Shown: in pieces, positions 44,979 through 56,688 of the stretch
Layout: each line of letters starts with the position of its first letter
Numbering within the stretch: the first letter of the stretch is position 1
Assembly: GCA_963747235.1 (NCBI GenBank)
Contig: CAVVEU010000014.1
Coordinates: 32,001 to 96,000 of the forward strand
Length of the DNA: 64,000 bases
Reading direction: 5' to 3'
Source: an uncultured Candidatus Rokubacteria bacterium
GTDB taxonomy: Bacteria > Methylomirabilota > Methylomirabilia > Rokubacteriales > CSP1-6
Position numbers and translations under genes: made by a program
The notes under the pieces: model-generated
The model's database searches: none
What the model was told of the DNA's origin: nothing
The model's input: the letters and a program-made list of their open reading frames with translations, nothing else

Positions 44979-44979
44979 G

Positions 44980-45243
44980 GGGCCGCCGTCACAGCATCGA
45001 CCGGCCCGGGAAGACGCCGCCCCGCCACCTCCAGCACCAGCCCGCCGGACCCTGGAACCTCGACGAGCCGAGCAGCCGGAATGGAGGTCAGCAGATTGCC
45101 GAAGCGGTCGGCGTCGAGCACCTCGCCCACCAGCCCGCCGGCCTCAAGACGGCAGCCGGAGAACCGAAGGCGCACCGGATCGGAAACCACCGGACCGAGG
45201 CGCTCCAGCGGGACGCCCGGCGCGCGGTGATCAGGCCCGGCAT
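44980..45243 (-). pseudogene. Remnant of a SAM hydroxide adenosyltransferase (DUF62) gene
   Basis: SD plus ATG MPGLIT joined out of frame to GVPLERLGP..GEVLDADRFGNLLTSI, then truncated. Confidence 0.6.
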
Positions 45244-45250
45244 GAGGACT

Positions 45251-45289
45251 CCCCTCACCGCTGCCCTCTAGCCCCAAAGGGGAGAGGGG
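45251..45289. repeat. Degenerate palindromic REP-like element
   Basis: CCCCTCACCGCTGCCCTCTAGCCCCAAAGGGGAGAGGGG. Confidence 0.6.
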
Positions 45290-45290
45290 T

Positions 45291-46292
45291 CTAGCGGTCG
45301 CGATCGACGACGAAATCCGCGACCAGGAGCAGCGTGTCCTTGTCGTCCGAGCTCGGAAAGGACCGGAGCGCGTCCTTGGCGCTCCGGACATACTCGTGGG
45401 CCCGCTCGAGCGCGTACTCCACGCCCGCGTGCTTGACCACGAGCCGGCGGATCTCCTCGATCTCCTCGGGTGAGAGGGCGGGCTGCTTCAGCAAGGTGTG
45501 GATCCGGTCCCGGTCGGCCGGCCCCGCCCGCTCGATGGTGGCGATCAGGGGCAGCGTGCGCTTGCCTTCCTTCAGGTCGGCGCCGACCGCCTTGCCGAGC
45601 CGCGCCTGGTCCGCGACGAAGTCGAGCGAGTCGTCGCTGATCTGGAACGCGATGCCGATGTCGAGCCCGTAGCGCGTCAGGCCCTCCACCTGCTCCGGGC
45701 TCGCCCGCCCCAGGAGCGCGCCGATGCGGCAGCAGGCCGACATGAACGACGCGGTCTTCTGGGTGATGATCCGGAGGTAGTCCGCCTCGCCGGTGCTGCC
45801 GCTCCGCTTGCGCTCGAGCTGGAACACCTCGGCCTCGGTCATGGACACGGTCGCGCGGGCGAGCGTCTCGAGAACGCCGGGGTCGCCGTCTTCCACCATC
45901 AGGGCGAAGGATTTCGAGTAGAGATGGTCGCCCACCAGGATCGAGGCGTCGTCTCCCCAGCGGGCGTTGGCGGACGGCCGGCCGCGACGCAGCGGCGCCT
46001 GGTCCACGACGTCGTCGTGGATGAGGGTCGCGGTGTGCAGCAGCTCGACGACGCAGCCCATCCGGATGGCGCGCGGCCCCTGGTAGCCGGCCAGCCGGGC
46101 CGCGATGAGGAGCAGGATCGGGCGCAGCCGCTTGCCCCCCGCCCCCGCGATGAACTCGCCCATCTCGTGGATGAGCGGGACGGGCGACTCGATCTCGCGC
46201 CCGATGGCGGCCTCGATCGCGCCGAGCTCGGCGCCGATCGCGACCGCGACGCGGTCCTTCAACAGAGCTTCGAGCGGGGTGGGCGCGTTCAC
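45291..46292 (-). CDS. ispB: Polyprenyl diphosphate synthase
   Basis: GGKRLRP, LIHDDVVD..RRG, FQISDD and GKRTLP. Confidence 0.9.
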   Translation of the reverse strand: MNAPTPLEALLKDRVAVAIGAELGAIEAAIGREIESPVPLIHEMGEFIAGAGGKRLRPILLLIAARLAGYQGPRAIRMGCVVELLHTATLIHDDVVDQAPLRRGRPSANARWGDDASILVGDHLYSKSFALMVEDGDPGVLETLARATVSMTEAEVFQLERKRSGSTGEADYLRIITQKTASFMSACCRIGALLGRASPEQVEGLTRYGLDIGIAFQISDDSLDFVADQARLGKAVGADLKEGKRTLPLIATIERAGPADRDRIHTLLKQPALSPEEIEEIRRLVVKHAGVEYALERAHEYVRSAKDALRSFPSSDDKDTLLLVADFVVDRDR

Positions 46293-46314
46293 CGAAGAGG
46301 GGTGGAGGCGCCGG

Positions 46315-47046
46315 CTACCGGAGCACCACCCGGTCCTTGACCTGAACCTGCACCCCCGCGGCGGCCTTCTGCACCTCGACCACCGAGAACTTGTCGCGGA
46401 CCTCCACCACCCGCCCCGAGGCCACCTCCTCGTCGAGCTCGCCGAGCAGCTCGCCGGTGATGGGGTGGACGATGGCGACCTTGTCACGGCGGACGCTCAC
46501 GCCGGTGCCGAGCTTGACCCCGTCGCTCGCGGCCAGGTCGATGATGACGCGGGAGGTGTCCACGAAGACGACGTAGCCGCGGGTCGCCGACTGGGTCGCC
46601 ACCCGGCTGGGCGCGTCGGTGCGCGTGGTGTTCGACACCGCGGCCGCCGCCGCGCTCCGGTTCGTCGGGACCGTCGGCACCACGTTCTCCACCTTGTAGG
46701 CCCCGCCCTGCCGCGCGCTGATGCGCCCGCCCCCGGGCGGCGCCCCGTACTTGGCCACGACCTCGGGCGGCGCGATCAGGGTGGACTGGCCGAAGATGAA
46801 GGACTTCACGGTCGTGGGGACCTTGTCCTCCTCGACCCAGATGTACTCCGGCTCGCTGGCGATGTCGCAGCAGCGGGGGTTCTTGATCAGGAGCCACTTG
46901 GGCTCGGCCGGTCGGATGTTGACCGAGGGGTCGTTCTGCGCCGCGAGCCCGACGTACTCGCGCCAGCCCCGGCCGCCACAGCCCGAGACCGCGATCGCGA
47001 TGAAGCCGGCCAGAACAAGCCACTGCCCGCGTCGAAAGGTCGTCAT
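46315..47046 (-). CDS. Lipoprotein with C-terminal FlgT-C-like domain
   Basis: Lipobox VSGC and HPITGELLG..VVEVRDKFS. Confidence 0.7.
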   Translation of the reverse strand: MTTFRRGQWLVLAGFIAIAVSGCGGRGWREYVGLAAQNDPSVNIRPAEPKWLLIKNPRCCDIASEPEYIWVEEDKVPTTVKSFIFGQSTLIAPPEVVAKYGAPPGGGRISARQGGAYKVENVVPTVPTNRSAAAAAVSNTTRTDAPSRVATQSATRGYVVFVDTSRVIIDLAASDGVKLGTGVSVRRDKVAIVHPITGELLGELDEEVASGRVVEVRDKFSVVEVQKAAAGVQVQVKDRVVLR

Positions 47047-47103
47047 GACGCCCAACAGCATACCAGAAGCCTCCCTCATATCCGCCCTGCCGCGGGCGGA
47101 GGC

Positions 47104-47901
47104 TCAGTCTGTCGGGATGGGCTCCCAGGGGAACCGCTGCTCGGCCGTGTCCTCGGACCGGGTCAGGGCCGCCCGCCGGGAGAACAGGGCCGTCCCGGTC
47201 ACCGCGGAGATCCAGGTGATGTCCAGATAGGTGACCCCCCGCCGCTCGATCAGCATCGGGACCAGCCAGCCCGAGACCTCCAGGGTCTTGCCGGAGGCCT
47301 TGGCCTTGCCGGGGCTCACCAGCAATTCCTCGCTCCGCGTCTTCTGGCTGAGGAGATGCTCCTGCACCACGGTGGGGTCGGCGACCTGGAACCGCTTGGT
47401 CTGCTCGAGCGCGTGGGCGAGCATGAACGGCACCCGCCGCAGGTCCGCGTTGGCCTTGGTCAGGTCGGTCGCCGGGGCCACCGCGACGCGGATCCGGCCC
47501 TTGGTGATACGCACCCCGTCCTCGGGCTCGGGCGCGGCCTTGCCGTCGGCCGGCACGAAGACCGCCTCCGAGTACTGCGGATGCAGGCGGACGATCTGGG
47601 CGTAGCCGAGAATGTCCTCGTAACGGCCCAGGGGCCGGCCATTGATGGGATGCCGGAAGGCCTCGCCCTTGCGGAACACCGAGTACTCCTGCCCCGGCTG
47701 CACCCCGCTCTTCTCGGTGAGATCGATGAAGAGCCGGTCGCCCTCCGCCGCGACCACCAGGCCTTCGGCGGGCGGGAAGGCGCTGACCACGTCCTGGATC
47801 AGGAGGCCGAAGGTCGCGCCGACCTGGTCCGCGGTGCCCGCCCCCGCCGGGGGGCCCCGCAGCAGGGCAACGACTAAGGGCGAGGGCGACGCACCCCTCA
47901 C
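47104..47901 (-). CDS. Hypothetical exported protein with FlgT-C-like domain
   Basis: FPPAEGLVV..GVQPGQEYSVFRKGEAFRHPINGRPLG. N-terminus uncertain. Confidence 0.65.
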   Translation of the reverse strand: MRGASPSPLVVALLRGPPAGAGTADQVGATFGLLIQDVVSAFPPAEGLVVAAEGDRLFIDLTEKSGVQPGQEYSVFRKGEAFRHPINGRPLGRYEDILGYAQIVRLHPQYSEAVFVPADGKAAPEPEDGVRITKGRIRVAVAPATDLTKANADLRRVPFMLAHALEQTKRFQVADPTVVQEHLLSQKTRSEELLVSPGKAKASGKTLEVSGWLVPMLIERRGVTYLDITWISAVTGTALFSRRAALTRSEDTAEQRFPWEPIPTD

Positions 47902-47920
47902 CCGCCCTCTCCGCGAGGGG
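47894..47920. repeat. Partial REP-like element
   Basis: CCCCTCACCCGCCCTCTCCGCGAGGGG. Confidence 0.45.
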
Positions 47921-47930
47921 ACCGCGTTCG

Positions 47931-49601
47931 CTAGAAGACGACGGAGGGCTGGTGGACACCGAAGACCCGCCGCAGCGTGTCGCAGATCTCGCCGAGCGTC
48001 ACCTGCGCGCGCACCGCGGTCAGGATGTGCGGCAGCAGGTTGTCGCGGCCGCGCGCGGCCCGATCCACCGCCTCGAGCGCGCGGGCGGCGGCGGACGCGT
48101 CACGGGTCCGGCGAATGACCGCGAGGCGCTCGGCCAGGGCCTGGCCCACGGAGGCGTCCACCTGGAAGAGGTTCGCGGGCGGCGGCTCGTCCATGACGAA
48201 CTCGTTCACGCCCACCACCACGCGCTGCTTGGCCTCCACGTCCTGCTGGTAGCGGTAGGCCGCCTCCTGGATCTCGCGCTGCATGAACGGGATGGCGTGC
48301 ACCGACCCGCCCAGGCCGTCGATCTTGGCGATGTAGGTCTCGGCCTCCTCCTCGATCCGCTTCGTGATCCGCTCGATCGAGTAGGAGCCGCCGAGCGGAT
48401 CCACGATGTCGGCGACGCCGGACTCGTGGGCCAGGACCTGCTGGGTGCGGAGCGCGAGGCGGACCGCGGCCTCGCTCGGCAGCGACAGGGCCTCGTCCAT
48501 CGAGTTCGTGTGCAGCGACTGGCAGCCCCCCAGCACCGCGGCCAGGGCCTGCACCGCCACGCGCACGATGTTGTTCTCCGGCTGCTGGGCGGTGAGCATG
48601 CTGCCCGCGGTCTGGGCGTGGAAGCGGAGCATCCGCGAGCGCGGATCGCGCGCGTCGAAGCGGTCCTTCATGATCCGGGCCCACAGCCGCCGGGCGGCCC
48701 GGAACTTGGCCACCTCCTCGAGGAGGTTGTTGTGGGCGTTGAAGAAGAACGAGAGCTGCGGCGCGAACTCGTCGACCTTGAGTCCCGCCTCCTGCGCGGC
48801 CGTCACGTAGGCGATGCCGTTGGCGAGCGTGAAGGCCACCTCCTGGGCGGCGGTGGAGCCGGCTTCCCGGAGGTGATAGCCCGAGATCGAGATCGTGTTC
48901 CAGCGCGGCACCCGCTCGCGGCAGAACGCAAAGGTATCGGTGATCAGTCGCATGGACGGGCCGGGCGGGTACACGTAGGTGCCGCGGGCGATGTACTCCT
49001 TCAGGATGTCGTTCTGGACCGTCCCCGAGAGCCGGTCCGACGAGACGCCCTGGCGCTCTCCCACCGCCATGTAGAGGCAGAGCAGGATGGAGGCGGTGGA
49101 GTTGATCGTCATCGAGGTCGAGACCCGGTCGAGCGGGATGGCGTCGAACAGCGCGGCCATGTCCTCCACGCTCGAGATCGCGACCCCGACCTTGCCGACC
49201 TCGCTGCGGGCCACCTCGTGGTCCGCGTCGTAGCCCATCTGGGTCGGCAGGTCGAAGGCCACGCTGAGGCCGCTCTGCCCCTGCTCGAGGAGATAGCGGA
49301 AGCGCTGGTTGGTCTCGGTCGCCGAGCCGAAGCCCGCGTACTGGCGCATCGTCCAGAACCGCCCGCGGTACATCGTGGGCTGCACCCCGCGCGTGTACGG
49401 GAACTCGCCCGGGAAGCCCAGGTCCCGCACGTAGTCCACCGCCGCGGTATCCGCGGGCGTGTGCAGGCGCTCGACCGGCGCGCCGGCCGAATCGGTGAAG
49501 GGGCCCGGGCGCTCGGGGGACCGGGCCAGCGAGGGCTTGAGCGTCCGCTCCTCCCACTCGCGGCGGGCCTGCTCGAAGCGCGCCTGCTCTTCCGGCGTCA
49601 T
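47931..49601 (-). CDS. mcmA: Methylmalonyl-CoA mutase, large (substrate-binding) subunit
   Basis: [23 protein letters not shown] and SLHTNSMDE, with no B12-binding domain. Confidence 0.92.
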   Translation of the reverse strand: MTPEEQARFEQARREWEERTLKPSLARSPERPGPFTDSAGAPVERLHTPADTAAVDYVRDLGFPGEFPYTRGVQPTMYRGRFWTMRQYAGFGSATETNQRFRYLLEQGQSGLSVAFDLPTQMGYDADHEVARSEVGKVGVAISSVEDMAALFDAIPLDRVSTSMTINSTASILLCLYMAVGERQGVSSDRLSGTVQNDILKEYIARGTYVYPPGPSMRLITDTFAFCRERVPRWNTISISGYHLREAGSTAAQEVAFTLANGIAYVTAAQEAGLKVDEFAPQLSFFFNAHNNLLEEVAKFRAARRLWARIMKDRFDARDPRSRMLRFHAQTAGSMLTAQQPENNIVRVAVQALAAVLGGCQSLHTNSMDEALSLPSEAAVRLALRTQQVLAHESGVADIVDPLGGSYSIERITKRIEEEAETYIAKIDGLGGSVHAIPFMQREIQEAAYRYQQDVEAKQRVVVGVNEFVMDEPPPANLFQVDASVGQALAERLAVIRRTRDASAAARALEAVDRAARGRDNLLPHILTAVRAQVTLGEICDTLRRVFGVHQPSVVF

Positions 49602-49611
49602 AGGGACCGGA

Positions 49612-51163
<1,552 letters not shown>

Positions 51164-51280
51164 GGCGGGACCTCTGCTGATGGAGTATAGGGGCCGCCGT
51201 CCAGGAAAGTCAATGAATGCGGGCGCTTCTCGGCCCCTTTCATTGACTTGCGCGATACCCCCTGCCATACTCGATTCCCG

Positions 51281-51661
51281 ATGACCCCCCTCGCGGTCGG
51301 CGTCATTCTCGCCTGCGTCGTGGCGCTCACGATCGTGCTGATCTCCACCCTGCTCTCGATCAAGAAGACGGCCGCGCGCGCGGAGAGCGTGCTCGCCCAG
51401 GTGGAGCGTGAGGTCCGTCCGATGGCGAGCGAGCTCGAGAGCCTGACCGGGGAGCTGCAGAAGCTCTCGCGCAACGCCAACGACAACCTCCAGCGGATCG
51501 GCGGGATCGTGGATCGCGTCGAGGACATCTCGGTGCAGGCGGCGCGGGTGGTCGGCGCGGTGGGAGGGCTCACGCGCATCGGACAGTACGCGGGGATGGC
51601 GGCCGGGGTGAAGCGGGGCGTCGAAGTCTTCCTTCACCGGCTCAAGGATCGACACCACTGA
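51281..51661 (+). CDS. DUF948/YoxC-like membrane coiled-coil protein
   Basis: N-terminal TM then coiled coil, typically paired with YtxH. Upstream TTGACT-17-CATACT. Confidence 0.7.
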   Translation: MTPLAVGVILACVVALTIVLISTLLSIKKTAARAESVLAQVEREVRPMASELESLTGELQKLSRNANDNLQRIGGIVDRVEDISVQAARVVGAVGGLTRIGQYAGMAAGVKRGVEVFLHRLKDRHH

Positions 51662-51687
51662 TCGGCGACACGGCCAAGGAGAAGACC

Positions 51688-52002
51688 ATGGCGGACGAAC
51701 GCGGAAGCGATGCGGCGGGTTACCTCGGGTGGTTCTTCCTCGGCGCCATCGCGGGCGCGGCGGCGGCCGTCCTGCTCACGCCCAAGTCCGGGCGCGAGAC
51801 GCGCGAGCTGCTGGCCGAGCACAGCGGCGACCTCTTCAAGCGCGCCCAGGACGTGGCGGGCCAGGCGCAGGATCGCGCGGGGGATCTCTTCGACAAGGGC
51901 CGCGAGTACTTCGAGGAGCAGGCGCAGCGGCTGACCACCGCCTTCGAGGCGGGCCGCTCGGCCATGAAGGACGAGATCACCCGGGGACGGTCCAGCAACT
52001 AG
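51688..52002 (+). CDS. YtxH domain protein
   Basis: [24 protein letters not shown]. Confidence 0.85.
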   Translation: MADERGSDAAGYLGWFFLGAIAGAAAAVLLTPKSGRETRELLAEHSGDLFKRAQDVAGQAQDRAGDLFDKGREYFEEQAQRLTTAFEAGRSAMKDEITRGRSSN

Positions 52003-52005
52003 GAC

Positions 52006-52737
52006 ATGGCGGAGGTCGAGCTACCCAAGCCCGACGAGCTGCACGAGCACGCCGCCAATTCATTCAGCCGCCGGGTCGCGCTGGTCACGGCCATCTTCGC
52101 GGTGGTCCTGGCCATCGCGGCCCTCGGCGGCAACCACGCGATGAAGGAGATGCTGCTCGCCCAGCAGCAGTCCTCCGATCAGTGGGCCTTCTACCAGGCC
52201 AAGGTCATCCGCGAGCACCTGTATCGGGCGCAGAAGATGCGGCTGGAGGCGGACCTGGCCGACCGCGCGCCCGCGGCCGCGCGCGAGAAGCACGAGGCGC
52301 TGCTCCGGAAGCTCGACGAGGAAGAGAAGCGCTACAACGCGGAGAAGAAGGACATCGAGAAGGACGCCAAGAAGCTGGAGGCCCTGCGGGACGGCTTCCA
52401 GGCCCGCGATCCCTACTTCCTGGTCGCGGAGGCGCTGCTCCAGATCGCCATCGTGATGTCGTCGGTGTCCATCCTGGCCCGCTCGGGCGTGATCTTCTCC
52501 TTCAGCCTCGTCCTGGCCATCGTGGGCGCCGTCCTCACCGCCAACGGCTACTTCATGGTGCTCCACCTCCCCTTCTTCCACGGCGGCCACTGGGGAGCAT
52601 CCCCTCGGAGGGGGCGCCTGACGCCGCCTTCCGAACCTCCCCCCAAGAAACAGGTCGCGCGGGCGAAGCCCGCGCTCGAAGCGGCCGGGTCTAGCGGCGG
52701 AAGTCGGCGCGGGTCGGCAGCAGCCGGTCGGCGATGA
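52006..52737 (+). CDS. DUF4337-like membrane protein
   Basis: SDQWAFYQAK and ALLQIAIV. The C-terminal ~45 aa read through a palindromic intergenic-type sequence. Confidence 0.75.
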   Translation: MAEVELPKPDELHEHAANSFSRRVALVTAIFAVVLAIAALGGNHAMKEMLLAQQQSSDQWAFYQAKVIREHLYRAQKMRLEADLADRAPAAAREKHEALLRKLDEEEKRYNAEKKDIEKDAKKLEALRDGFQARDPYFLVAEALLQIAIVMSSVSILARSGVIFSFSLVLAIVGAVLTANGYFMVLHLPFFHGGHWGASPRRGRLTPPSEPPPKKQVARAKPALEAAGSSGGSRRGSAAAGRR

Positions 52738-53848
52738 GGTTGCGCATCATCTCCACGGTGCCGCCGCCGATCGCGAACATGCGGGCGTCGCGCGCCATGC
52801 GCTCGAGCGGCAGCCCGCGCCCGTAGCCGGCGGCGCCGTGGATCTGGAGCGCCTGGCCCGTCACCTCCTGCGCGATCTCGGCCGCGAAGGTCTTGGCCTT
52901 GGCCGCTTCGAGCGCGTCCGGGAAGCCGGTGCCCGCGTTGGCGGCGGCGCGATGGATGAGCAGGCGCGCGGCGTCGAGCTTGATCGCCATGTCGGCCAGC
53001 TTCCAGCGGATGCCCTGGAACTCGCCGATGGCCCGGCCGAACTGGCGCCGGGTGCCCGCGTAGGCCAGCGCGAGCTCGTACGCGCCCTGCGCGAGCCCGA
53101 GGGCCACGGTGGCGGCGCCGAGGCGCTGGCCGTTGTAGGCCTCCATCAGCTTCTTGAATCCGTCGGGCGGCCCGACCAGCACGTGATCGCGCGGCACGCG
53201 GCAGCCGTCGAAGTGGAGGCGCCCTTCCGGGATGCCGCGCAGGCCCATCGTGTGGTCGCGCTCGCCGACGCGAAACCCCGGCGTGTCGCGCTCGACGAAG
53301 ACGCCGCCGATGCCGCCCGCTCCCGCCTTCCCGCCCATGCGGCAGTAGACGAGATGCAGGCGTGACGTCCCGGCCCCGGTGATCCACCGCTTCTCGCCGT
53401 GGAGCGCGTAGCCCTCGGGCGCCTCGTCGGCGCGGGTCACGAGATCGGTGGCCGCCGAGCCCGCCTCGGGCTCGGTGATCGCGATCGCGGGCTTGTCGCC
53501 CTCGAGCACCCACGGGAAGTAGCGCCGCTTCTGCGCCTCGCTGCCGTAGGCGGTGAGCGCGCCGACCACCCCCAGGCTCCCCTCGACCACGATCCGCGCG
53601 GTGACCCCGCAGGCGCGCGCGATCTCCTCGACGACCAGCAGGACGTCCAGGATCGACGCGCCCGTCCCACCGTACTCCTTTGGAATGGTGAGCCCCATGA
53701 AACCGGCCTGGACCAGGTCCTTCACGTTGTCCCAGGGGTATTCCTCGGCGGCGTCCCAGCGGGCGGCGCGGTCCCGGAAGACGGTGTCGGCCAGCGCGCG
53801 CGCGCGGGTCTTGAGTACTTCCTGCTCGGCGGTGAGATTGAAGTCCAT
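52691..53848 (-). CDS. Acyl-CoA dehydrogenase family protein
   Basis: ITEPEAGSA, GEKRWIT, RRQFGRAI and QIHGAAGY. Confidence 0.93.
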   Translation of the reverse strand: MDFNLTAEQEVLKTRARALADTVFRDRAARWDAAEEYPWDNVKDLVQAGFMGLTIPKEYGGTGASILDVLLVVEEIARACGVTARIVVEGSLGVVGALTAYGSEAQKRRYFPWVLEGDKPAIAITEPEAGSAATDLVTRADEAPEGYALHGEKRWITGAGTSRLHLVYCRMGGKAGAGGIGGVFVERDTPGFRVGERDHTMGLRGIPEGRLHFDGCRVPRDHVLVGPPDGFKKLMEAYNGQRLGAATVALGLAQGAYELALAYAGTRRQFGRAIGEFQGIRWKLADMAIKLDAARLLIHRAAANAGTGFPDALEAAKAKTFAAEIAQEVTGQALQIHGAAGYGRGLPLERMARDARMFAIGGGTVEMMRNLIADRLLPTRADFRR

Positions 53849-53855
53849 GCCGGCG

Positions 53856-53893
53856 CCCCTCACCCTGCCCTCTCCCCTGAGGGGAGAGGGAGA
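53856..53893. repeat. Palindromic REP-like element
   Basis: CCCCTCACCCTGCCCTCTCCCCTGAGGGGAGAGGGAGA, nearly identical to 5676-5715. Confidence 0.8.
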
Positions 53894-53900
53894 TCAGCGA

Positions 53901-55299
53901 TCAGATGTGGATCGGGTGGCCGAGCGCGGCCAGGACCGCCTCGAACGCGGCCTCGGACAGGGTGGGATGCGCGTGCATGGTGTGGACGAACTCGTCCAGC
54001 GTGGCCTCGAGGGTCCGGCCCACCGCGAACTCGTGGATCAGCTCGGTGGCCTCGGGCCCGACGATGTGCACGCCGAGGATCTCGCCGGTGGCCTTGTCCG
54101 CCACCACCTTGACGAAGCCCTCGGTCTCCCCCTGCGCGACCGCCTTGCCGCTCGCGGTGAACGGGAACTTGCCGACCGCGATCTCGCGCCCGCCCGCGCG
54201 GGCCGCCGCCTCGGTGAGCCCGATGGACGCAACCTGTGGATGGCAGTAGGTGCAGGACGGGACATTCCCATAGTCGACCGGCCGCGGGCGACTGGCCCGC
54301 GATCGTCTCCGCGGCCACGACGCCCTCGGCCATCGCCTTGTGGGCGAGGAGCTGATGGCCCGCCATGTCGCCGATCGCGTAGATGCCCTTGACCGAGGTC
54401 TCCATGGTCGCCGACACCGTCACGAACCCACGCTCGGTCGCGACGCCCAGCGCCTCGAGTCCGAGCCCCTGCGTGCGCGCGGCCCGCCCCACCGCCATCA
54501 GCACCTGGTCGGCCTCGAGGGTCTCGGTCTTGCCCTCGGCCTCCACCTCCACCGAGACCCCGGCGCCGGCCGGCGTCACGCTCTTGACCTTCACGCCGGT
54601 GCGGATCGTGATGTCGCGCCGGGAGAAGAGCCGCGCGATCTGCGCGGAGGCCTCCTCGTCCTCGATGGGCAGCACGCGCGGAAGCGCCTCCAGCACGGTC
54701 ACGCTGGCGCCGTAGGCCGCGTAGACGTCGGCGAACTCGATGCCCACCGCGCCCGCGCCGATGACGATCAGCGAGCCGGGCCGGGCCTCGTTGGTGACCG
54801 CGCCGGTGGAGGAGACGATCCGCTTCTCGTCGATGGTGACGCCGGGGAGCGACCTGGGCTCGGACCCGGTGGCGAGGATGACCGCCCGCTTGGCTTCGAG
54901 CGTGGTCGCGCCGTCCTTGCCCGCGACCTCCACCACGCGAGCGCTCTTGAGCGTGCCCCGGCCGAGGAAGAGCGTGATCTTGTTCTTCCGGAAGAGGAAC
55001 TCGACGCCCTTGGCCATGCGGTCGGCCACCCGGCGGGAGCGCTGCACCGCCTGGGCGTAGTCGGCCTTCCACTCGCCCACCGTGATGCCGAACTCCTTCG
55101 CGCGCTTGAAGAGGCCGACGACCTCCGCGTTCCTGAGGAGCGCCTTGGTCGGGATGCAGCCCCAGTTGAGGCAGACGCCGCCCGGCCGGTCGTCCTCGAC
55201 GGTGGCCACCGAGAGCCCGAGCTGCGCGCAGCGGATGGCGGCCACGTAGCCGCCGGGACCGGTGCCCACCACCACGACGTCGAACGGCTGGGTGGCCAT
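53901..55299 (-). CDS. lpdA: Dihydrolipoyl dehydrogenase (frameshift near 54285)
   Basis: GGVCLNWGCIPTK and GAGAVGIE, with C-terminal HAHPTLSE in a second frame. Confidence 0.95.
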
Positions 55300-55302
55300 G
55301 GG

Positions 55303-56688
55303 CTAGACCAGGAGCCGCAGGGGCTCTTCGAGCAGCCGCTTCACGTCCTGCAGGAACCGCGCGCCCATCGCGCCGTCCATCACGCGGTGATCGCACGAGA
55401 TCGTCATCTTCATGCGGCGGCCCACGCGGAGCTCGCCGTCCTCCACCACCGGCTTCTGCAGCACCGAGCCCACCGCGAGGATCGCGCCCTCGGGCGGGTT
55501 GATGATCGCCGAGAACTCCTCGACGTCGTACATGCCGAGGTTCGAGATCGAGAAGGTGGCCCCGGATATTTCCTGCGCGCGCAGTTTACCTCCGCGCGCC
55601 CGGTCGGCCAGGTCCCGCGACTCGACCGCGATGCGGGCCAGCGGCTTCGCGTCGCAGTCGCGCAGGACCGGGGTGATCAGGCCCTGGTCGAGCGCCACCG
55701 CGATCCCGATATGGGCCCGGTGGTGCACGCGGATGGCCTGGCCGTTGAGCTGGGCGTTGACGCCCGGGTTCTTGAGCAGGGCCAGCGCCACCGCCTTGAT
55801 GACCATGTCGGTCACCGAGATCTTGGGCTGGCCGTCGAGCGCGTTGAGCCGCTCGCGCAGCGCCCACGCCTCGTCCATCGCGACTTCCGAGGTGACGTAG
55901 AAGTGCGGGACCGGCGCCTTCGACATCGGCATGCGCTTGGCGATGGCCGCGCGCATCGGCGACATCGCCACGTCCTCGAACTCGGCCTCGGGCCGGGGCG
56001 GGATCACGAACTGCGGCCGCGCGGGGACCGCGGTCGGGCGCGGGGCACCCGCCGGCTGGGGCGCGGCCGCGGGCACCGCGGCGGGGCGCGGCGCCGCCTT
56101 GGCGGCCTCGACGTCGCGGCGGATGATGCGCCCGCCCGGGCCCGTGCCCTGGATCAGCTGCAGGTCCACGCCGGTCTGGCCCGCGATCTTGCGGGCGAGC
56201 GGCGAGGCCTTCACCCGGCCGCCCGCGAAGACCGGCGCGGCGCCGGCGGGGCCGGCCGCCGCGGCGGCGGGCGCCATCGGCACCACCGCGGTGGTGGCGG
56301 GCACGGACTGGTAGCTCTCCATGGCCGGCAGCGGACCGCTCGCGGCGGCCGGCGCGGCGGGGCGGGCGGCCGCGGGCGCCGGGGCGGCCGCCGCGGGCGC
56401 GGGAGTCGCGGGCTTCGCGGGCGCGGCGGTCAGGCTCGAGATGTCCTCGGTCGGGTCCGCGATCACGCCGATCATCTCGCCCACCGGCACCGTCCCGCCC
56501 TCCTCCACCACGATCTTGCGGAGGACGCCGGCGCCGAAGGCCTCGATCTCGACGTTCGCCTTGTCGGTCTCGATCTCCAGGATCACGTCGCCGCCCTTGA
56601 CCGCGTCGCCCACCTTCTTCAGCCACTTGATGACCTTGCCGGTCTCCATGGCGTCCGACAGCTTGGGCATGAACACCTTGGTGATCAT
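55303..56688 (-). CDS. pdhC: Pyruvate dehydrogenase E2
   Basis: ETDKA lipoyl site, ASPLARK..GTGPGGRI and DHRVMDG. Confidence 0.95.
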   Translation of the reverse strand: MITKVFMPKLSDAMETGKVIKWLKKVGDAVKGGDVILEIETDKANVEIEAFGAGVLRKIVVEEGGTVPVGEMIGVIADPTEDISSLTAAPAKPATPAPAAAAPAPAAARPAAPAAASGPLPAMESYQSVPATTAVVPMAPAAAAAGPAGAAPVFAGGRVKASPLARKIAGQTGVDLQLIQGTGPGGRIIRRDVEAAKAAPRPAAVPAAAPQPAGAPRPTAVPARPQFVIPPRPEAEFEDVAMSPMRAAIAKRMPMSKAPVPHFYVTSEVAMDEAWALRERLNALDGQPKISVTDMVIKAVALALLKNPGVNAQLNGQAIRVHHRAHIGIAVALDQGLITPVLRDCDAKPLARIAVESRDLADRARGGKLRAQEISGATFSISNLGMYDVEEFSAIINPPEGAILAVGSVLQKPVVEDGELRVGRRMKMTISCDHRVMDGAMGARFLQDVKRLLEEPLRLLV

